The position numbers and the translations under genes are program-made. A DNA stretch of 64,000 bases, from NCBI GenBank assembly GCA_963675755.2, contig CAXXMD010000002.1:672001-736000 (forward strand). The letters run 5' to 3'. The stretch is from a bacterium. Its GTDB lineage: Bacteria; Zhuqueibacterota; Zhuqueibacteria; Residuimicrobiales; Krinioviventaceae. Under the pieces are notes generated by a model. It did not search any database and was not told the origin of the DNA. It saw only the letters and a program-made list of their open reading frames with translations. Shown in pieces: positions 52,257-61,576 of this stretch; the stretch's first letter is position 1; each line of letters starts with the position of its first letter.

Positions 52257-55200
52257 TTATTTAACAAGAACCATTTTTTTGGTATCTGTAAAACTCTCTG
52301 TTTGCATTCGGTAAAAATAAACACCTGTCGGAATGGTTTGCCCATTATCATTTAGTCCATTCCAGTGCAATGTATGATATCCTGTATTCAAAGTTGCATC
52401 CATTAGCGTTTTAATTTTTCGGCCAAGGGTATTAAATATCTCAACTTTAACTCTTGATGTACGTGGAATTGCAAAGGTAATATTGGTGGTGGGATTGAAA
52501 GGATTGGGATAATTAGTACCCAAAGCATAATCTGTTGGAATTAATCCCTGATCGAATTCAGATATAGCAGTTGGTAATACTTCAATCACCGCTATTTCAC
52601 TTGTATCTGCTCCAGCAGAATTGGTTACAATTGCACGATAATTGCCAGCATCTCCTATTCTAACATTTGGTAGGTCAAGAATAGGTTCAGTTGCTCCTGC
52701 AATTAATATCCCATCTTTTTGCCACAGATAAATGAGATTCCCACTTCCTTCTGCTTCAACAGATAATGATAAATCTACACCATCCAATACATTTTGTGAT
52801 TGTGGATTTATTGTAACTAATGGAGCAACTGCTTCCTGTTCTACAGTAAAAATTCTTGCAACAATAGGGCTATTGTCATAATTAATCTTGTTTGCAACGG
52901 CTTTAATTACATGTGTTCCAATACCAAGTTCAAAGGGTTCATCATACAACATACTGTTAATTGATGGATCTGATCCATCTGTAGTATAATATATTTTAGC
53001 ATTCAGAGTTTCAGAACTCATTTCAACTGAAACGTGTAAAGTATGTTTATCATTTTCTGGTATAATGATTGGGGGTGCACATTCAAAAAAGAATTGAGCC
53101 TGTGTAATTTCGCTATCCGTAAAGAATGTGCGATATCCCATAGTCTTTAATGTTGCAGGTTGAAACAAGTTTAATGTATTGTTGTATTTTTGAGTGGGTG
53201 GTAATATAGGTAACCAACTGCTTGGATCGCTTCCATCGACAGTATATATGATTTGGGCAAAAGGAGTTGCAGATTCTAATTCAACTTGAACCGCATTATG
53301 AAAAGTACCACCAAAAGGATTAATTGTTGGAGTATCAACCTCACCCAAGGGTTCAACAACAGCAAGTTGACCGGTTTGAATAATATTGCTTGGAGTCATT
53401 CCACTTTTAAATGCTCTAACTTTTAGAAAAATATTTGAACCAACAGATCCCAATAACACAGGTTGAGTATAGGTAATAGAGCCCGCACCCGTTTCAAGAG
53501 GATCATCAGGTAATTGATCAAAACCTACTGTATATCTTATAAGCGCTCCCTCTGTATCACAAGTAATAGTTAAAGGAAAAGGTTTTGTAAATTGTTGCGA
53601 GCTGAAAGGAGAAACTATAGGATCAGCAACAATATTTGTATTTGGATCAAATACAATATAATCTTTAGAAACAGTCTCACTGGAATTAGTACCAGCCAGA
53701 AAGGTTTTTGCTTTAATTGTATGTTGACCTATAGTTAAAGTAAATGGTTCTGAATAAGCATTTGAATAACTCGTTGGTTCAGCACCATTTGTGGTATAAC
53801 GGATAATTCCATTTGCAGTACACGTAGACATGCTAACCTGCACTGAACCTGAATATTGGCCACCGGCAGGTGAAAATACCGGTGCAGCAGCTTGCTGCAC
53901 AATCTCATAATTTGTTGAAACTATTGCACTGGGTGTATAACTTTCCAAATAAACCCGAGCTTTTAATTGTGTCGTTTCAGAAAATTCAAGCGGTTGAATA
54001 AATTGTGCGGAATTTTCATTGGGATCTGTGCCATCTGTTGTATAACGGATAATTGCCCCTAAAACTGTTGATCCAATGTAAACTGTTACACCACCATTAA
54101 AAGTTCCGGATCCAGGGTAAATTGTTGGTGAAGGTAATGTTAATGCATTAACAATGATCTCACCAGTTGTTACCGCATCACTCTTGTAATATCCATCTTT
54201 GTAGCCGCGTGCAGTGATGTAATAATTTCCGGGATCCAATGTAATCGGTCCATCATAATTAGTACCCGGATAAAAGAAACTGGGAATTCTTCCATCGGTG
54301 CGGTATCTAATTGTAGCACCTGGTGTAGATGTTGATATTGTAACCTGATGAGGTTGACTAAAAGTGCCCTCCCCTGGTGTTATTATCGGAGTATCTACTT
54401 TTGGAGTGCTACTAACATACTGGGCTGATACTGATTGGCTTGAATACAATCTTCCATTGTTTTGATTATATTGAAATGCTTTAGCTGTTATTGTAGCCCC
54501 ATAATTGAGATATATTACATCACCCTGGTCAGGAATAAATATATATGAATCTTCATTGGGTTCCGATCCATCAAGAGTATAGCGTATAGACGTATTTGAT
54601 ATACTTTGTCCCGTTCCATAGTTAATTGTGACTTGAATTGGCATTTCATACGTTCCAGAAGGTGGATTGAGAACCAATGGTGATGGCGATAGCGTTTCAT
54701 CATCCCAAATCTGATCAATTGCCATTTTCAGATTTGGTAGAGGACCAATGTTTCCATCTCCCACTTGAGCGGTACCCGTTTCCCGTAAAATATCTTTTAT
54801 TGTTGCAGCACTAGCCGGAGCTCCTGTTTTTTGCTTCAATGTACTTTGTAAAATGGCTACTGCCCCGGCAACAATAGGAGTAGCACTTGAGGTACCACTA
54901 AATCCATTTGTATATAGAAAATTTTCTCCATCATCATCATACAAATTTCCATAACCGGTTGTTAAAACACCATCCCCCCAACCTTGTAAATCAACGGTAT
55001 TACCATAATTTGAAAAATCATGTTTTCTTTTTGCAGAATTTCCCCAGGCAGGTGATTTGCCAGCACCAACCATTATAGCACCGGAATCTTTATTCAAATC
55101 AAAAGGAGCATGACCGGTATTGTATTCATTATCATCAAGGTTCTGCCCTCCATTACCGGCAGCTTCAACAACGATAATACCATTACCTACAGCGGTTTGT

Positions 55201-56192
55201 ATAGCATCATAAATAGTCTTGTTCCATTCAACAGGCATCAACCCGTATTGCGGATCTATATCCGGGTCCCAGTTCGGTCCGGCAATTTGTGCTTCAAGAA
55301 CTATAATATCCCCTTTTTCTAATTCATCAACAGCACGTAAAATAGCTCCTGCGATATCATTTACAGAAGATCCCAAAATATTTGTTACCTGGGCTACAAC
55401 AGATAACTCGGCTTGATTCGCAATACCAGACATACCAAAATCATTATCAATTCCACCATAAATCCCCAAAACTGCGGTACCATGATTTTTCCAGCGTTTA
55501 AGGTCTTTGGCATCAAAAGTATTATCAAAATAAGGTGCTGGACCCACTATAGATACAGGTGAACCAGATCTTGCCAAATCTGCATGAAAACGATTCCAGT
55601 CATATTCCATATCGACAATGTGAACCCCTTTTCCTTTTCCACCGGATCCATGCCAGGCGTATAATGCATCTATCCCATTAGGAGCAGGATCTAGATAGTT
55701 TTGGTAAGAACCACTAGTGTTTGCAGGATCTGTATAATCTGGAACTTGAGGAGGCTCAACAGGAATTGGAATGGGATAAACAGCTTCTACATATAATAAT
55801 TTGCTAAAAAGATCTATTGCTTCTTGCACTGATATATTCTGATCAAGCTTTACAGTAAAATAAGTATTTAAATCTGGTATTGGCTTGTTTAAATTTTCTG
55901 CAGCATTTTCCCGAAATTTAATCATTCGGTTAAAATCAACATCAAAAGTTTTAATCCAATTACTCTTTATTGCAGCTGTTACAGCTGAATTTTGACTATT
56001 TGTACTGTTGTTTGCGTTTTGTTTAAAAAATGTATTTATATCAAGTATTCTATTTTCAACAGGAAGAATTGTATTGTCAACAAATTTAACATGAACAAAA
56101 TTTGGATAGAAATTTTTTATTTTAATATCTGCCCAAATTGAAGATGTTAACATTATAAATAATAACACAATATTAAGATTTAATACTTTCAT
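52257..56192 (-). CDS. secreted S8 (subtilisin-like) peptidase with 7 chitobiase/FN3-associated repeats, an Ig domain and a T9SS/FlgD-Ig C-terminal domain
   Basis: VDMEY (Asp), NHGTAV (His), AAGNG, SGTSSATP (Ser); repeats of P..GG..V......IRYTxDGxxP; YPNPFNP...KKMVLVK. Confidence 0.88.
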   Translation of the reverse strand: MKVLNLNIVLLFIMLTSSIWADIKIKNFYPNFVHVKFVDNTILPVENRILDINTFFKQNANNSTNSQNSAVTAAIKSNWIKTFDVDFNRMIKFRENAAENLNKPIPDLNTYFTVKLDQNISVQEAIDLFSKLLYVEAVYPIPIPVEPPQVPDYTDPANTSGSYQNYLDPAPNGIDALYAWHGSGGKGKGVHIVDMEYDWNRFHADLARSGSPVSIVGPAPYFDNTFDAKDLKRWKNHGTAVLGIYGGIDNDFGMSGIANQAELSVVAQVTNILGSSVNDIAGAILRAVDELEKGDIIVLEAQIAGPNWDPDIDPQYGLMPVEWNKTIYDAIQTAVGNGIIVVEAAGNGGQNLDDNEYNTGHAPFDLNKDSGAIMVGAGKSPAWGNSAKRKHDFSNYGNTVDLQGWGDGVLTTGYGNLYDDDGENFLYTNGFSGTSSATPIVAGAVAILQSTLKQKTGAPASAATIKDILRETGTAQVGDGNIGPLPNLKMAIDQIWDDETLSPSPLVLNPPSGTYEMPIQVTINYGTGQSISNTSIRYTLDGSEPNEDSYIFIPDQGDVIYLNYGATITAKAFQYNQNNGRLYSSQSVSAQYVSSTPKVDTPIITPGEGTFSQPHQVTISTSTPGATIRYRTDGRIPSFFYPGTNYDGPITLDPGNYYITARGYKDGYYKSDAVTTGEIIVNALTLPSPTIYPGSGTFNGGVTVYIGSTVLGAIIRYTTDGTDPNENSAQFIQPLEFSETTQLKARVYLESYTPSAIVSTNYEIVQQAAAPVFSPAGGQYSGSVQVSMSTCTANGIIRYTTNGAEPTSYSNAYSEPFTLTIGQHTIKAKTFLAGTNSSETVSKDYIVFDPNTNIVADPIVSPFSSQQFTKPFPLTITCDTEGALIRYTVGFDQLPDDPLETGAGSITYTQPVLLGSVGSNIFLKVRAFKSGMTPSNIIQTGQLAVVEPLGEVDTPTINPFGGTFHNAVQVELESATPFAQIIYTVDGSDPSSWLPILPPTQKYNNTLNLFQPATLKTMGYRTFFTDSEITQAQFFFECAPPIIIPENDKHTLHVSVEMSSETLNAKIYYTTDGSDPSINSMLYDEPFELGIGTHVIKAVANKINYDNSPIVARIFTVEQEAVAPLVTINPQSQNVLDGVDLSLSVEAEGSGNLIYLWQKDGILIAGATEPILDLPNVRIGDAGNYRAIVTNSAGADTSEIAVIEVLPTAISEFDQGLIPTDYALGTNYPNPFNPTTNITFAIPRTSRVKVEIFNTLGRKIKTLMDATLNTGYHTLHWNGLNDNGQTIPTGVYFYRMQTESFTDTKKMVLVK

Positions 56193-56512
56193 ACCTACTC
56201 TCCTTCAATATCAATATGCAAAATATTATGAATAAAATTCATTACTGGTTAATTTAAACATGTTTAAAAATCCTATTTTTTAAAATGGATTAGAAAATGA
56301 TTAATTAAAACAAAAATATATCTGAATTTTTTAACAGGTTTAAAAAAATGGTTGGTAAAAGAAAGGAAATATTATTTAATAAATGTTTATACATAATATT
56401 CTCTTTATGAAATTAGTGTTTTCTATTAAAATTTAAATAGGAAAGTTAAAACAATAAATTTTCTGGTTAATATTCCCCATAGTAAAAATAATAAATTTAT
56501 TAATTATAATTT

Positions 56513-57127
56513 TCAATCATGCAAACCAAGACCTTCCATGATACGTGGAATAGATTTTTCTATTCTTGAAATACGGGTTTGGGATTGTTTTGCCGTAGAA
56601 AAATATATAGTGTATCCCCTTTGCCTTCCTGGTGTTAATGCTTCAAATGCTTGCTTAAAATTTGGATCGTTATCAAATATATCTTGTAATTCATTTATTA
56701 TTACGATATTGGATATTTTTTCAATTTCTAATCCGGATTTTTCAATTTCAATTGCTTGATCAATAAATGATTTAATATCGGAGTCGTATCTTTTTATATC
56801 TTCCAGGTTAGTAAACCGAAATTGACGAACGGATTGAGAATTTTCTCCGGGAGCGGTTAGTAAATTGTTTACATCTTTGATTAATACGCCTTTGAAAAAT
56901 CCTAATGAACAAAATTCTTTAAAAGCGCTTAATAAAATAACATTTTTATTATTCAAAGTATAACAAGGTACTCCCCATTTCACATCTTCTATTAATTCAG
57001 AGTTTAATAGTAGGTTTCGTAAATATTTCAACTCGTTTTGCCAACGTAGCGTTTTACATTTTGGCGTTTTCCAATATTCACAACGGCCACACCCCTCTTT
57101 TAAATATATATCAACTTTTGGATTCAT
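56513..57127 (-). CDS. YdeI/OmpD-associated (DUF1801) family protein
   Basis: KWGVPCY, LGFFKG, FEALTPGRQRGY, AKQSQTR..RI, GLHD end. Confidence 0.88.
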   Translation of the reverse strand: MNPKVDIYLKEGCGRCEYWKTPKCKTLRWQNELKYLRNLLLNSELIEDVKWGVPCYTLNNKNVILLSAFKEFCSLGFFKGVLIKDVNNLLTAPGENSQSVRQFRFTNLEDIKRYDSDIKSFIDQAIEIEKSGLEIEKISNIVIINELQDIFDNDPNFKQAFEALTPGRQRGYTIYFSTAKQSQTRISRIEKSIPRIMEGLGLHD

Positions 57128-57324
57128 ATTTTACCTTAATAACCTATTAATAAAATAAATAAACAAAAGTTGGATAAACTTTCTTTCAATTGAATTTAAA
57201 AAAACATAGATTGTAATATATTTCTGTTAATAATTTGATTTTGAATAAACTTGTAAAATCCTTTTCATTTTTATTACTGTAATAATTGCTACAAGCTTAA
57301 AACTGGAATTGTATTTTTAGGTGC

Positions 57325-58806
57325 TTATTCCGTAAACATATGTAAATAGAGATCAGGAATATTTATTTTCAAGCGTGATAATGTTTCACTATCAATATAC
57401 TTTTGTGAAAACGGTACCCGTTTTACATATTCTTTTGATTGATTAATAATACGTGAATACTTGTAATCATAAGTAAAATTGCCATTCTGATCTATTTGTG
57501 CTTCTTGTAGTAATGGATTGGGTACTGATATAAAAAAATCATAATCATACTCTGTTAGAGAAGTGAAAAGATTATCTTGTTCGAGTTGTGTAAATAATTC
57601 AAATGCTGTTGCAAAAGATGGGTCAATAATTTGAATATTTTCATTGATGAAAGAGGCATAATTTGAATCTATAGAACGAAGATACATTAAATGATTTTTG
57701 ATTTCATCCTGTACATAGGGATAATGTGTACAGCCTAAAACAATAGCATCTAAACTACCTTTCAGATTTTGTTTCATAGCATTCAAAACCAGATTTGTAA
57801 CATGGTATCTTGTGTAATTTTCAATTAAGTTAATTTCAACATTAACAATTTGATCATCTGCTTGTTTTGATATCAATAAAGCATTGTTTTCAGTTATAAA
57901 ATGATATTCTTTCATTAATTTCAGATCAATAGGATAGTTTTTATTGCCAAGTGCTGGTCCACGATAAATGGGAAATTCTCTGCAAACCTCAGCATCTTTA
58001 TTTATATAATCAGGATCACCGTCAATCGCTCCGGCTAGACCATAACCAGGTTGCTGCACAATGGAAATATTAGCATTTGGTAAAGCTTCTTTTGCATATT
58101 TCATTATTGTATCGGGGTATCCATTAGAAGCACAAGTCCCTTCTGTTGCCATCACACCAATTACACTATTACCATTTGGAGGAACAACTTTGACGACATG
58201 CTTAGAGGCTGCTTCAATAATACCAATTACAGGGATATTAACATCCCAATATTTAATTGCATTTTTAACATCCTCTAACCCAAAAGCAGTTGCAGTATTA
58301 CATGCAATAACAATTGCTTTTACGGGTAGTTTTTTGTTATTTGGAGGTATGGGATCGGTTGGTGCGTTATAATATTTTTCTCCAAGCAAGAACTGAACAT
58401 CTTTTATTACTAATTCTCTTAAAAAATCTTTATTCCCTTCTGCATCATATCGACCATAGGGCATATTTGCTTTATCACACAAATAAATAAAACTTTCTCT
58501 GTTAAAATCTGCATTATTATCAGGATTTTTCAATTTGGTGGAGTTATTAAAGGCATCTATGGATAAAATTGCATTCAATACAGTAAGCCCACCAGTACCG
58601 GAATCAAAAACCCCAATTGGAAGTTGTTGTCTTTCATTAGGGTATTGATCAAAATCAATATAGAAAGGACTGTTTTTTTCATTTTGAATTTCATTTATAA
58701 TTTCCAGCTCATATTTCTTTGAACAAGAAAATAGAAAAATTGATGAAATTAGAATTAAACTCCAAATAATTTTTCTTGTACAAAAAAACAGTAAATACTT
58801 TTTCAT
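57325..58806 (-). CDS. Asp/Glu racemase-family lipoprotein with large insertions
   Basis: Lipobox LFSC; IGVFDSGTGGLTV, PYG, IACNTATA, ATEGT, LGCTHYP. Confidence 0.8.
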   Translation of the reverse strand: MKKYLLFFCTRKIIWSLILISSIFLFSCSKKYELEIINEIQNEKNSPFYIDFDQYPNERQQLPIGVFDSGTGGLTVLNAILSIDAFNNSTKLKNPDNNADFNRESFIYLCDKANMPYGRYDAEGNKDFLRELVIKDVQFLLGEKYYNAPTDPIPPNNKKLPVKAIVIACNTATAFGLEDVKNAIKYWDVNIPVIGIIEAASKHVVKVVPPNGNSVIGVMATEGTCASNGYPDTIMKYAKEALPNANISIVQQPGYGLAGAIDGDPDYINKDAEVCREFPIYRGPALGNKNYPIDLKLMKEYHFITENNALLISKQADDQIVNVEINLIENYTRYHVTNLVLNAMKQNLKGSLDAIVLGCTHYPYVQDEIKNHLMYLRSIDSNYASFINENIQIIDPSFATAFELFTQLEQDNLFTSLTEYDYDFFISVPNPLLQEAQIDQNGNFTYDYKYSRIINQSKEYVKRVPFSQKYIDSETLSRLKINIPDLYLHMFTE

Positions 58807-58861
58807 ATTAATTCCTTTTGTTTTGAAAATATATGAACAAAATACAAATAAAAGATTTCAA

Positions 58862-60193
58862 TTATTTTAAGCCTAAATATTCCGCGAGGGCAACATACAC
58901 ACCAGCCGTCCATCCCATCATACCTGGAGATTCATACTCTGCATTCGAGAGTTTGCCAGTCTCAGCATCGGATTTTTCGTACAACTTGCCATACTGTTTA
59001 AAAATCTCAGTGTTTACATTGATGTATTTATTAGCAATTCTAACTGCTTCAGCTTTATAATCATATCTATCCAAAGCCATTACTGTCAAATAAACCATAG
59101 GCGGCCAAACTACCGGGTAAGCCCATTGATAATCTCTGCAGCCAGGATGTTCTTTGGTTGTTGCAATGCCGAATTCTTTTTCAAAGAATGGGAGATTTTT
59201 TACCATTTGGGCTGCTTGCTCATCACTTGCCAAGCCCACAAACATTGGCAAGATACCAGAAATAGAATAAATATCTGACTGTTTTTTCGTGACATAATTA
59301 TAATCAAAGAACCAACCCAAATCATTGTTCCAAAGGAATTTATTAATGAGCTCTTTGCGTTTTATAGCTCTTTGATTGTAAAAATCGGTAAAAAACCAAC
59401 CCAGTTTTTGAGATACTTTATAAAGGAATTCTTCATATCCCCATAATAGAGCATTTAGGTCAACTGAATTATAGTTAATAATCTGATGACCATATCGTTG
59501 CGTAAAATCCCAATTTTCAGCTTCCGCAATTAAATTACCACCTATAACTATTTTTTCATCATCAGGGATATCCAAAGGTAGATTTAAGCGCTTTATGCCA
59601 ATATCATTATAAAACTTTATACAACCCCCTGCAACTTCATGATGGCCAAAATGATTTAAGCCTGAAATACTATATCGGGCAGTCATCCAGAATTGATATT
59701 CTTTTCTTAAACCTTCAGCACATTCTTTATAAAAATCTATACTTTCGGCATGAACTTTATCAAAATAATCCTGAATCATCAACTGAAGATAAGGTGTTTG
59801 AGAACGATTATGCAGACCTACATGATTGGGCATATATCCCTGTTCATTTATTAGCCAGAGCATGTTTTTTATATTATTTTTGGCCTGCTCTACATGGCCA
59901 TCTCGTAATAGGCCAAGATTTGTAAAATAGGTATCCCAGTAAAAAAAGAAAGTATATTGTCCTTCACCTTTGATGCAAGGAGAAGAATATGTATATGGCA
60001 GATCTATTTTACCAAAACCCTTACCAGGCTCATCATTGTAAAAACTGCGTTCCCAATTTGCGTGTATATAGTCTAATACTTTATTAACATTCTTGTCAGA
60101 AAAAGATTTTTGACTGGAATTTGAAATAGCGGATGTAGTTAACAGTAAAACTGCACCTTTCGATGTGCTTTTAATAAACTTTCTTCTGTTCAT
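58862..60193 (-). CDS. Tat-exported trehalase-like glycoside hydrolase (GH37)
   Basis: MNRRKFI signal; FYWDTYF, GYMPN, NRSQTP, VDLNALL, QWAYP..WPP, LYEK, MGWTAGV. Confidence 0.85.
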   Translation of the reverse strand: MNRRKFIKSTSKGAVLLLTTSAISNSSQKSFSDKNVNKVLDYIHANWERSFYNDEPGKGFGKIDLPYTYSSPCIKGEGQYTFFFYWDTYFTNLGLLRDGHVEQAKNNIKNMLWLINEQGYMPNHVGLHNRSQTPYLQLMIQDYFDKVHAESIDFYKECAEGLRKEYQFWMTARYSISGLNHFGHHEVAGGCIKFYNDIGIKRLNLPLDIPDDEKIVIGGNLIAEAENWDFTQRYGHQIINYNSVDLNALLWGYEEFLYKVSQKLGWFFTDFYNQRAIKRKELINKFLWNNDLGWFFDYNYVTKKQSDIYSISGILPMFVGLASDEQAAQMVKNLPFFEKEFGIATTKEHPGCRDYQWAYPVVWPPMVYLTVMALDRYDYKAEAVRIANKYINVNTEIFKQYGKLYEKSDAETGKLSNAEYESPGMMGWTAGVYVALAEYLGLK

Positions 60194-60243
60194 ATTAACC
60201 TGAAATATTGTGTTAGTAGTTAAAAAATATGAATGGTAAAAAC

Positions 60244-60280
60244 AAAAAAAGCCTGTATTCAAAATATTGAAAACAGGCTT
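60244..60280 (-). terminator. intrinsic terminator after tRNA-Pro(GGG)
   Basis: AAGCCTGT...ACAGGCTTTTTTT on the minus strand. Confidence 0.75.
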
Positions 60281-60284
60281 CTAG

Positions 60285-60359
60285 TCGGGGCGAGAAGATT
60301 TGAACTTCCGACCCCTTGACCCCCAGTCAAGTGCGCTAACCGGGCTGCGCTACGCCCCG
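60285..60359 (-). tRNA. tRNA-Pro(GGG)
   Basis: Minus strand CGGGGCGTAGCGCAGCCCGGTTAGCGCA-CTTGA-CT-GGG-GG-TCAAG...GTTCAAATC..CGCCCCGA. Confidence 0.95.
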
Positions 60360-60730
60360 ACATTTTGGTGATTATTACTATCTAGAATATCAAGCATAGC
60401 TTCAAGTTCAGCTTTAATATCTTTAATCAAATCATCTCGCTTCAGACTTGAAAAAGATAACTGCAACTTGGGCTGCTTGTTATTTTTCATTTTTATTATA
60501 CGCTGCTTTGCGCCTTCAATTGTATATTTTTGCTGATACAATAAACGTTTAATTAAAAAAATGACCTGTATGTCATTTTTTTTATAAATTCGGTTACCAG
60601 CTCGATTCTTGGCCGGTTTAAGTTCAGTAAACTCTGTTTCCCAATACCTTAATACATAAGGTTTTAAGCCGGTTATCTCGCTGACTTCAGCAATCGAATA
60701 ATACAATTTTTTGATGGCTTTTTCTTCCAT
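60350..60730 (-). CDS. MerR-family HTH regulator
   Basis: KLYYSIAEVS..LKPYVLRYWETEF..LKP.K..GNRIY..YTIEGA; ATG 60730 preceded by GAGG. Confidence 0.88.
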   Translation of the reverse strand: MEEKAIKKLYYSIAEVSEITGLKPYVLRYWETEFTELKPAKNRAGNRIYKKNDIQVIFLIKRLLYQQKYTIEGAKQRIIKMKNNKQPKLQLSFSSLKRDDLIKDIKAELEAMLDILDSNNHQNVGA

Positions 60731-60796
60731 CAACTTCCTCTTGAGAGGACCACATTCAAAATCAGAATTAGAAAATAATGATAATTGTGTCAATAA

Positions 60797-61573
60797 TCAA
60801 GTATTTTTTTTAGTATTTTTCCAAGATCTTTTTTTGACCATTACTGTTCCATTAGAACAAATATTGATCATACTCTGCAAAATAAAATAAAATCCCATAT
60901 TTTTCAAGTAAATTTTATTTATAAAAGATTTTTTATTATCTAATAAATAAATACCAATTCTAGGGATTTTAAATTCATTTTCCGAAGACCAAAAACTTTT
61001 TCCCATTATTACTCCTCCTTTATAACCAACTTTTCTGCAAATATCAATAACAGTTTTATTGGTATTGCCAAAAGGGTAAGAAATATATAGGCAAAAGTTA
61101 TTTACTTTACTCTTTAACACTTTTAATGAATCATTTAATTCATTGTATACCAAAGAATTAGGGATTTGCGTAAGATCCATATGTGACATTGTGTGTGAAC
61201 CTATTTCCCAGCCATCATTGTCCAATTCTGAAATTTGCTCCCACGTTAAATGCGGGAATTTTAGCCAACCGATGTTAACATCCCAAGTGTTCATTTTACC
61301 ACAATAATCTGGGTTTACAAATACAGTAGCCTTTAATCCATATTTTTTCAAAATTGGATAAGCAAATGTGAAAACAGATTCATAACCATCGTCAAAAGTA
61401 ACAGCAATTCGCTTATCATTAGGCGAATTGCTGTTAAAGTAATCCGTTAAAGTATGAAACGTAAATCCTTGTTCAAGAGCCCATAACACATGATTATTAA
61501 ATTGCTTTGGGGTAACACGCGTTATCCCAAAGTCAAAGCGCGTATCAACCATATGGTATGCCAAGATACTCAA
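60797..61573 (-). CDS. polysaccharide deacetylase (CE4/NodB-like)
   Basis: ILAYH, VTFDDGY, EIGSHTMSH, SYPFG. Confidence 0.9.
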   Translation of the reverse strand: MSILAYHMVDTRFDFGITRVTPKQFNNHVLWALEQGFTFHTLTDYFNSNSPNDKRIAVTFDDGYESVFTFAYPILKKYGLKATVFVNPDYCGKMNTWDVNIGWLKFPHLTWEQISELDNDGWEIGSHTMSHMDLTQIPNSLVYNELNDSLKVLKSKVNNFCLYISYPFGNTNKTVIDICRKVGYKGGVIMGKSFWSSENEFKIPRIGIYLLDNKKSFINKIYLKNMGFYFILQSMINICSNGTVMVKKRSWKNTKKNT

Positions 61574-61576
61574 GAA

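Noticed and set aside
5144-60359. Two similar tRNA-Pro sequences as attL/attR of a 55-kb island
   Set aside because: Both are complete tRNAs with different anticodons, in inverted orientation, enclosing housekeeping genes; no integrase is present.
60731-60793. Beta-clamp motif QLSLF at the N-terminus of the MerR ORF
   Set aside because: It lies upstream of the SD-supported ATG at 60730, so it is probably untranslated.
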